From Bacteroidales bacterium (GTDB lineage: Bacteria > Bacteroidota > Bacteroidia > Bacteroidales > JAOZQN01): 44,140 bases of DNA. The number at the start of each line of letters is the position of its first letter. The first letter of the stretch is position 1. The notes under the pieces were generated by a model that did no database searches, was not told the origin of the DNA, and worked only from the letters and a program-made list of their open reading frames with translations. The translations under genes and the position numbers were made by a program. Of this stretch, positions 27,535-34,843 are shown piece after piece. The stretch covers positions 10,595 through 54,734 of the forward strand of contig JAOZQN010000001.1 of assembly GCA_029932195.1 (NCBI GenBank). Direction: 5' to 3'.

Positions 27535-28404
27535 ATGACAACTCAAAATTTTACAGAAAAAAAGGCTTTTGCCATTTCTGGCTGGCCAATTATTTTAATA
27601 ATGATAATTTTTATGTCGATTTCGGCATTTATTTTTTTGTTCCCTTATAATAATATAGAGACATTAACTTTGTTAGCACCAATTAATTTTTTTGTATTCA
27701 TACTGACTGTTGGAGGATTATTTATTATTAATCCTAACCAAGCAAAGTTATTTTTATTTTTTGGGCATTATGCAGGAACAGTAAGAAAACATGGTTTACA
27801 ATGGACTATTCCAATTTTTAGCAAACGAACTATTTCTCTGAAATTAAGGAACTTTGAGTCGCAAAAGCTAAAAATAAATGACAACGAAGGAAATCCCGTA
27901 GAAGTAGCAGCAATAATTGTTTGGCGAGTTTTTGATACTGCCCAAGCCTCGTTTGAAGTCCAAGATTTTAATCATTTTGTAAAAGTTCAGAGTGAGTCAG
28001 CTATCCGAAATTTGATTATGCAATATTCCTACGACGACTACAAAAATGAAGAACGGTCTTTAATCAAAAATACGCAAGAAGTTTCGGAAAAATTAAAAGA
28101 GGAAACCCAAGAACGACTTACAATTGCTGGAATAGAAATAATAGAAACAAAAATAAGTCATTTGGCATATTCGCCAGAAATTGCCGCAGCAATGCTCCGA
28201 CGACAACAAGCAAAAGCAGTAGTTGCAGCAAGAACAGAAATTGTATATGGTGCAGTAGAAATGGTTGATATTGCTCTTAAAATGATAAATGAGAAAAAAC
28301 TTGTAGAGTTAGATGAAATTACAAAATCTAAAATGGTATCTAATCTATTAGTCGTTTTGTGTAGCGAACAAAATACTCAACCTACTCTGGAAACAACTTT
28401 TTAA
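27535..28404 (+). CDS. SPFH/band 7 domain membrane protein
   Basis: Two TMs, LFFGHYAGTV, KINDNEGNPVEVAAIIVW, HLAYSPEIAAAMLRRQQA. Confidence 0.93.
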   Translation: MTTQNFTEKKAFAISGWPIILIMIIFMSISAFIFLFPYNNIETLTLLAPINFFVFILTVGGLFIINPNQAKLFLFFGHYAGTVRKHGLQWTIPIFSKRTISLKLRNFESQKLKINDNEGNPVEVAAIIVWRVFDTAQASFEVQDFNHFVKVQSESAIRNLIMQYSYDDYKNEERSLIKNTQEVSEKLKEETQERLTIAGIEIIETKISHLAYSPEIAAAMLRRQQAKAVVAARTEIVYGAVEMVDIALKMINEKKLVELDEITKSKMVSNLLVVLCSEQNTQPTLETTF

Positions 28405-28479
28405 ATTTTGAAGTTGAGAATTTTTGAAAGATAGAACTTCAAAAATTCCTAACTTCAAAAATTCAAAACTTAATTAAAT

Positions 28480-29118
28480 ATGAAAAATGAGTTTTATTTT
28501 CAAATATTGGTTTCGGAAGAGCAAAAAAAATATGCACAAGAACTTGTAGATTATTCGCTTAAAAATCATCCTATCAGCAATATTTGGGATAGCAAAAAGA
28601 AAGACCAAACAGCAAAACTGCGATTTACGGGAACACTTGGAGAAATTATTTTTGCTGATACTTATAAATTGAAACGTCCAACTCGCTCGTTTGGTGCTAT
28701 TGATGGACAAGACTTTGGTAAAGATTTTGAAATAAAATTCAAAGACCGAACAATGAATTTTGACCTCAAAACAATGCACAGAAAATCTAACAAATTTTAT
28801 CAAAATTATGTTCTAAATATTCCTGCTCGCAACATAAAAAGAGTAGATAGTATTACTGATTTTTATTTTTGTATAAGTCTGCATGAGTCTGATAATAAAA
28901 CTATTGCATCATTTTTAGGCTATATTCCAAAACATGTTATTTTAAAAAATAAAATTGGAATTTTATACAAAAAAGGAACAATAAGAACTCGTGCCGATAA
29001 AACAAATTTTGAGTTTTTTGAAGATACCTACGAAGTGTTTTTTAAAAATATTACAACTCCTTTTACAAGTCCAAGAATTAGAAAATTTGTGGATTTTAAA
29101 ATTTTGAAATTAAAATAA
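28480..29118 (+). CDS. Hypothetical protein, probable PD-(D/E)XK restriction-endonuclease-like fold
   Basis: GTLGE helix, DFGKDF, FDLKT give E...D...DxK spacing; basic protein. Confidence 0.6.
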   Translation: MKNEFYFQILVSEEQKKYAQELVDYSLKNHPISNIWDSKKKDQTAKLRFTGTLGEIIFADTYKLKRPTRSFGAIDGQDFGKDFEIKFKDRTMNFDLKTMHRKSNKFYQNYVLNIPARNIKRVDSITDFYFCISLHESDNKTIASFLGYIPKHVILKNKIGILYKKGTIRTRADKTNFEFFEDTYEVFFKNITTPFTSPRIRKFVDFKILKLK

Positions 29119-29146
29119 TAGACTTATCTTTCAACAAGCAACCAAT

Positions 29147-29288
29147 GAGTCCACTCCGAGAAGTGTATTTTTGCCAAAATCAAGGCGGATATGAATTTCA
29201 CAAACGGAGTTTACTTACTGTAAATGAGTATTTTAAAATTTGTATCCAACGCAGAGTTTGGCAAAAAGATGCTTTTCGGAGTGGACTC
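29147..29288. mobile_element. 142-bp MITE, copy 3
   Basis: Same TIR and length as the other copies; flanks accaat / accaac. Confidence 0.9.
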
Positions 29289-29370
29289 ACCAACAGTTTT
29301 TTTGGTAAATCTATTTATGATAACACAAATTAAAAACGAACAACTAAACACTTAAAACTAAATACTTTCT

Positions 29371-30180
29371 ATGCTTACGAACTACGAACTTGCCGTTTCC
29401 AACATAAGAATGGAGCTTAAAAATTATATAACAAAAAGCAATTTAAAATCGCTTGTGCTTGGGATTTCTGGCGGAATAGATAGTGCCCTGTGTGCAGCTC
29501 TCGCAAAACCTGTTTGCGACGAATTAAATATTCCCATAATTGGCAGAAGCATAACCATTTCCACCAATAAGGCAGACGAAATTAGTCGTGCAAAAAATGT
29601 AGGAGAATCCTATCTTACAGATTTTAGAGATACTAACCTAACTTCAACTTACGACATGATGCAATTATCTGTTGTAGAAGATGTTGCAACGGCAAATAAA
29701 GACGAAAAGAGCTTTAAGATTCGTATGGGAAATATAAAAGCACGGATAAGAATGATTTATCTTTATGAATTGGCTTCTAAAAATAAAGGAATGGTTTTAT
29801 CCACAGATAATTACACCGAATATTTGCTCGGTTTTTGGACTCTTCATGGAGATGTTGGTGATTATGGAATGATACAAAATTTATGGAAAACAGAGGTTTA
29901 TGAAATGTCTCGTTTTCTTGCAAAAAACAATCCTGATAAAAAACAAGCAAAAGCACTTTTAGACTGCGTAACTGCTGTTCCCACAGATGGCCTGGGAATA
30001 ACAAACAGCGATTTAGACCAAATTCAAGCAGACAGCTACGAGGAAGTTGACCAAATCTTAATTGATTTTATCCTAAATAAAAGTAAAAAATTTGAAAACC
30101 ACCCAGTTATACAGAGAAATAAAGCATCTAATTTTAAAAGAATAAATCCTTATAATATGCCACGAAATAATATTGTTTAA
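29371..30180 (+). CDS. nadE: NH3-dependent NAD+ synthetase
   Basis: GISGGIDSA, GNIKARIRM, STDNYTE..GFWTLHGD, KTEVY. Confidence 0.93.
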   Translation: MLTNYELAVSNIRMELKNYITKSNLKSLVLGISGGIDSALCAALAKPVCDELNIPIIGRSITISTNKADEISRAKNVGESYLTDFRDTNLTSTYDMMQLSVVEDVATANKDEKSFKIRMGNIKARIRMIYLYELASKNKGMVLSTDNYTEYLLGFWTLHGDVGDYGMIQNLWKTEVYEMSRFLAKNNPDKKQAKALLDCVTAVPTDGLGITNSDLDQIQADSYEEVDQILIDFILNKSKKFENHPVIQRNKASNFKRINPYNMPRNNIV

Positions 30181-30248
30181 AAAATACACAAATCAACACT
30201 CCGAAAAGCATATTTAAACAAACAGTAAATCTACTATTAACTAATTTT

Positions 30249-30869
30249 ATGAGTCAATTAATAAGAATACACCCAGAAACACCTTCGCCAAAACATATAC
30301 AAAAAATTGTAGATATTTTGCGGAACGGAGGCGTTATAATTTATCCAACCGACTCGGTTTACGGAATTGGTTGTGATATAAACAACAAAAAAGCTGTTGA
30401 ACGAGTAGCTCAAATTAAGGGCGAAAAAGTAAAAAAATCTAATTTCTCGTTTATTTTTAGCGAAATTAGTGAAACTGCCGAGTATATTAAACCAATAAAT
30501 CGGAATTTATTTAAAATAATGAATAAAAACTTGCCTGGTCCGTTCACTTTTATTTTGCCTGCAAGTAAGAAAATTCCTAAAATTTTAGAAAAATCACGGA
30601 AAAATTTAGGAGTGAGAATTCCTGATAATAATATTGTTAGAGATATAGTTAGAGAACTTGGAAATCCAATTATCACAACTTCTGTTCACGACGATGATGA
30701 AATTATAGAATATACAACCGATGCCGAACTAATCTATGAAAAATACGAAAATCAGGTAGATATTGTGATTGATGGAGGAATTGGAAACAACGAAGCCTCA
30801 ACAATAGTAGATTGTAGCGACGGTGAACCAGAAATTACAAGACAAGGAATTAGAGAACTAAGATATTAA
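30249..30869 (+). CDS. Sua5/YciO/YrdC family threonylcarbamoyl-AMP synthase-like protein
   Basis: YPTDSVYGIGC, LPGPFTFIL, GVRIP, PIITTS, STIVD. RIHPETP start is typical of the YciO clade. Confidence 0.93.
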   Translation: MSQLIRIHPETPSPKHIQKIVDILRNGGVIIYPTDSVYGIGCDINNKKAVERVAQIKGEKVKKSNFSFIFSEISETAEYIKPINRNLFKIMNKNLPGPFTFILPASKKIPKILEKSRKNLGVRIPDNNIVRDIVRELGNPIITTSVHDDDEIIEYTTDAELIYEKYENQVDIVIDGGIGNNEASTIVDCSDGEPEITRQGIRELRY

Positions 30870-30874
30870 AAAAA

Positions 30875-30960
30875 TTAGCTGTTGGCTGTTGTCTTTTGGC
30901 ACGCAAAGCGATAAGTCTAAAAACCAATAAGCCAACATCTAAAAGCCAATAACCAACAGC
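30875..30960. repeat. Inverted heptamer arrays with CGCAAAGCG (30902-30910)
   Basis: ttagctgttggctgttgtcttttggca-cgcaaagcg ... aagccaacatctaaaagccaataaccaacagc. Confidence 0.75.
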
Positions 30961-30978
30961 AAAAAACACATAATAAAA

Positions 30979-32028
30979 ATGAAAAAAACGCTCGTAATAA
31001 TATTTCTAATAACCTTTGTTTTAAATAGTTATTCACAAATAGGAGGCACGGCAACCTATAAATTTTTAGACTTACCAACATCTGCAAGAGTTTCGGCACT
31101 TGGCGGAAATAATATTTCTATTGCCGACGACGACTTAAATCTCGTTTACAACAATCCTGCTTTATTGGATAGTTCTATGGCTAATACTCTTACAATGAGT
31201 TATGTAAATTACTTTGCAGATATAAATTGGGGATATGCTTCTTATGCTTTCAAAACAAAAAAACTTGGCACAATTGCCGCAGGAATGCACTATGTAGATT
31301 ACGGAAAATTTACAGGAGCAGATGAGTTTGGAAATAAAAACGGAGATTTTTATGCTTCCGAATATGCACTAAATATCTTTTGGGCGTATCAAATAGATTC
31401 GTTCTGGACAGCGGGAGTAAATTTTAAGCCAATACTTTCTGTATTAGAAAGTTACAACTCTTTTGGGCTTGCTTTTGATTTTGGTATAAATTATAATCGC
31501 CCAGAAAAAGGTTTTTCTGCGGCATTTGTTATTAAAAATCTTGGCTCGCAAATAAAACCCTATTATGGAAAAAACTACGAACCTCTACCTTTTGATTTAC
31601 AAGTCGGTATGACTAAAAAATTGGCTCATGCACCATTTCGCTTTTCACTTTTAGCACAGCACCTTCAAAAACCAAACTTAAATTATACAATTCCTGAAAA
31701 TGAAAACATTGTGCAGTTTGATAGCCAGACAGCCACAAAAGAAAATATTGCTCTAAAATATTCTGATATGGCAATGCGACACCTTATAATAGGATTGGAA
31801 TTTATGCCCGCAAAAGCCTTCACCGCAAATATTGGATACAATCACCAAAGAAGGCAAGAACTACGATTGACAAATAAAGCTGGTTTTTCAGGTTTTTCTT
31901 ATGGTATCGGAATTAATCTAAAAAAATTCTATATCGGATACGGAAGAGCAAATTATCATCTTGCAGGTGCTTCAAATAATTTTTCTGTGAGAATAAATTT
32001 TAACGAGTTTTATAATAAAAAAAATTAG
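30979..32028 (+). CDS. porQ: Type IX secretion system outer-membrane protein PorQ
   Basis: QIGG..Y.FL.LP.SAR..ALGG, NPALL, KKLAHAPFRFS, H.IIG.E, GYNHQRRQEL. Confidence 0.88.
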   Translation: MKKTLVIIFLITFVLNSYSQIGGTATYKFLDLPTSARVSALGGNNISIADDDLNLVYNNPALLDSSMANTLTMSYVNYFADINWGYASYAFKTKKLGTIAAGMHYVDYGKFTGADEFGNKNGDFYASEYALNIFWAYQIDSFWTAGVNFKPILSVLESYNSFGLAFDFGINYNRPEKGFSAAFVIKNLGSQIKPYYGKNYEPLPFDLQVGMTKKLAHAPFRFSLLAQHLQKPNLNYTIPENENIVQFDSQTATKENIALKYSDMAMRHLIIGLEFMPAKAFTANIGYNHQRRQELRLTNKAGFSGFSYGIGINLKKFYIGYGRANYHLAGASNNFSVRINFNEFYNKKN

Positions 32029-32093
32029 ACAGACTAACTTTTAATGAATTGAAATTTTATAATAAAAACTAATTTTAAAACTTGAAAAATAAA

Positions 32094-34742
32094 ATGACCG
32101 ACGAACAAATTTTAAAGAAATTAGAAAAACAATTAAATATTAAATTTGAAAAAGTTAATAAGATAAATCTTTTTGATAAAAAACCATGTTTTGAAATTAA
32201 TAATGGTAATATTACAGGTCTTCTTATCAGAAATGTAATTATTGAAGATTTAAGTTTGATAAGTAAATTGGTTAATTTAGAAGAACTTTATTTGTCAGAT
32301 AATCAAATAAAAAACATTTCAGATTTAAAAATTTTAAAAAATATTTCAGAACTTGATTTGTCAAATAATCAAATAAAAGATATTTCTATTTTACAAAAAT
32401 TGGAAAAAATTACATTACTTGATTTGTCAAATAATCAAATAAAAGATATTTCTTTTTTAGAAAATTTAAAAAAGATCGAAGTTCTTTTTTTATCAGATAA
32501 TCAAATAAAAGATATTTCGGTTTTGCAAAATTTGAAAAATCTTATGGTATTTTATTTGTCAGATAATCAAATAAAAAACATTTCAGATTTAAAAATTTTA
32601 AAAAATATTTCAGAACTTGATTTGTCAAATAATCAAATAAAAGATATTTCTTTTTTACAAAATTTAAAAAACATTAAACTTCTTGATTTATATAGTAATC
32701 AAATAAAAGATATATCAGTATTAAAAAATTTATTAAAAAAAGAAAATTCTTTTGATAAAGATTTTTTTGATTTTAATTTTAATTTAAAAAACAATCCCTT
32801 AAAAACGCCTCCTAAAGAACTTGCTGAACTTGGCAGAGATGCTATAAACGAATATTTTGAACATATAGAACTTGGTTACACCGTTTTGAAAGAGGCAAAA
32901 TTAATAATAATTGGCGAAGCTGGTGCTGGCAAAACTACTTTTGCCAAAAAACTTATAAACGCTAATGCCAAAATGCCAGAACAAAACGAAACTACACTCG
33001 GCATAGATGTTTATAATTGGCAATTTGAAACAAATTTGAATAATACAGAAAGTCCAAAATTCAATGCTAAATTGTGGGACTTCGGTGGGCAAGATATTTA
33101 TCATGGCACGCATCAGTTCTTTTTTAGTCAAAAATCGCTTTACATTTTAATTTCTGATGCTCGAGACCAAAGAACAGATTTTAATTATTGGCTAAATACG
33201 GTGGAACAATTAACGGGAGAGAATAGTATTCTTCTGGTTTTGTTTAACAAAAGAGAAGGACGAAATTGGAAATTAGAAGATGAATACGGATTAAATAGAC
33301 GTTTTGAAGGAATGATAAAAAAAGTTATTTCAATAGATTTATCAAATATAGATGAAATACCGCATTTGCAACAGCAAATACAAAAAGAAATAACAAATTT
33401 GCCACAAATAGATTATCGCTTACCAACAACTTGGGTAAATATTCGCAAAGAACTTAGCAAGCTGACAGACAGATATATTAGCTACGAAAAATTTAGAGAT
33501 ATTTGTAATCAAAATAATATAACAAATCCCAAAGTTATAGAAATTATTAGCAAATTATTTACAAATATAGGCGTTTTTACTCATTTTATAGAAGAAGAAA
33601 CAAATTTGCAAGATATAATATTTCTTGATTCTAATTGGCTTACAAAAACAGTTTATTCATTGTTAGACAATCAGATAGTAATAGAAAATAAAGGAAAAAT
33701 TACACGCACAGAAGTAAATCAAATATTAAAAACAGAAGAATTATATTTTGATGTAGATAAATTTATAGAACTATTAAAAAAATTTAGTTTAATATATAAA
33801 ATAAATGGTAGTCAAAATTATATTGTTCCATACCATTTGAAAGCCGGGCAGCCTTACAAAAAATGGAAATATATAGATGACAAAAATGTTTATATTTTTC
33901 GTTATTTATTTGATAATTATATGCCAAAAGGAATTATGGTAAAACTTATTGTTGCTTTGCATCAATATATTTACGACCACGAACTTGTGTGGGCAAGAGG
34001 TGTAAATATCTCTAATTCAGTGAATAAACCCGATACTTTTGCGGAAATTATAGAAACTTATGGACGAGAAAATCGTTTTGATATAAGAATTTATGGTAAA
34101 AATCAAAAAGACCTTTTGCAAATAATAATTTATCATTTCGATAAAATATTAAAACCATTCACAAAACTAACTCACGAAAAAGAAGTGCCATGCAATTGTG
34201 AGACTTGCATTACAAGTGATAATCCACATTTTTTTAAATATAAGTCTTTGTTAAAACGAAAAGAAAAAGGAAAAACTACAATTGAATGTGATAAAAGTTT
34301 TGAAGATACTAATATAAAAGAATTGCTTGAAGGAATTGATTTTTCGGAACTGCGAAGTTTATTAATAAATAAAAAATTTGAGGAATTTAAACAACAAATA
34401 TCTCAACGCTTTTCCGATATTTCGTATCAAATACATAAAAAGACTGTTTCGGAAAGTTTTTTTCATAGCAATTTTCATACTATTTTAGCAGAGAATGGTT
34501 TAAAACCAATTTCAGAAGAAAGCACAAACGACGGCAGAATAGATTTACACCTTTCTATTGATAAAACAAAATATTTGTTTGAACTAAAATTAAAAGAAAG
34601 CAAAGATGACGGTATGAAACAAATTCATGAAAAAAAATATTATAACAAATTTTTGGGACAGTTCGATAAAATAATCTTAATAGCTATTAGTTTTAGCACA
34701 AAAACACGAAATATAGATAAAATAGAATATGAAATTTTATAA
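32094..34742 (+). CDS. Roco protein: LRR array - Roc GTPase - COR - Cys4 motif - C-terminal PD-(D/E)XK nuclease (PDDEXK_9-like)
   Basis: Seven regular 22-aa LRRs, GEAGAGKTT, WDFGGQ, PCNCETC...CDKS, then SESFFH...EE...GRIDL...YLFELK...QIHEKKYY. Start set at ATG 32094 by alignment with the paralog. Confidence 0.9.
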   Translation: MTDEQILKKLEKQLNIKFEKVNKINLFDKKPCFEINNGNITGLLIRNVIIEDLSLISKLVNLEELYLSDNQIKNISDLKILKNISELDLSNNQIKDISILQKLEKITLLDLSNNQIKDISFLENLKKIEVLFLSDNQIKDISVLQNLKNLMVFYLSDNQIKNISDLKILKNISELDLSNNQIKDISFLQNLKNIKLLDLYSNQIKDISVLKNLLKKENSFDKDFFDFNFNLKNNPLKTPPKELAELGRDAINEYFEHIELGYTVLKEAKLIIIGEAGAGKTTFAKKLINANAKMPEQNETTLGIDVYNWQFETNLNNTESPKFNAKLWDFGGQDIYHGTHQFFFSQKSLYILISDARDQRTDFNYWLNTVEQLTGENSILLVLFNKREGRNWKLEDEYGLNRRFEGMIKKVISIDLSNIDEIPHLQQQIQKEITNLPQIDYRLPTTWVNIRKELSKLTDRYISYEKFRDICNQNNITNPKVIEIISKLFTNIGVFTHFIEEETNLQDIIFLDSNWLTKTVYSLLDNQIVIENKGKITRTEVNQILKTEELYFDVDKFIELLKKFSLIYKINGSQNYIVPYHLKAGQPYKKWKYIDDKNVYIFRYLFDNYMPKGIMVKLIVALHQYIYDHELVWARGVNISNSVNKPDTFAEIIETYGRENRFDIRIYGKNQKDLLQIIIYHFDKILKPFTKLTHEKEVPCNCETCITSDNPHFFKYKSLLKRKEKGKTTIECDKSFEDTNIKELLEGIDFSELRSLLINKKFEEFKQQISQRFSDISYQIHKKTVSESFFHSNFHTILAENGLKPISEESTNDGRIDLHLSIDKTKYLFELKLKESKDDGMKQIHEKKYYNKFLGQFDKIILIAISFSTKTRNIDKIEYEIL
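32287..32651 (+). repeat. Exact 101-bp direct repeat within the LRR array (32287-32387 = 32551-32651)
   Basis: Offset 264 bp = 4 x 66-bp LRR units. Confidence 0.85.
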
Positions 34743-34843
34743 TATTTCAATGTTTTATTTTATGATTGACAAAACACTTGCCAACGTGCTTTTCTACACT
34801 TGACAACGTAAATCTTTTAAATATTTTATTAAAAATAAAAAAC

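Noticed and set aside
32287-32651. DGR template/variable repeat pair
   Set aside because: The copies are identical and in frame within one LRR array, with no adenine-specific mismatches and no reverse transcriptase in the window.
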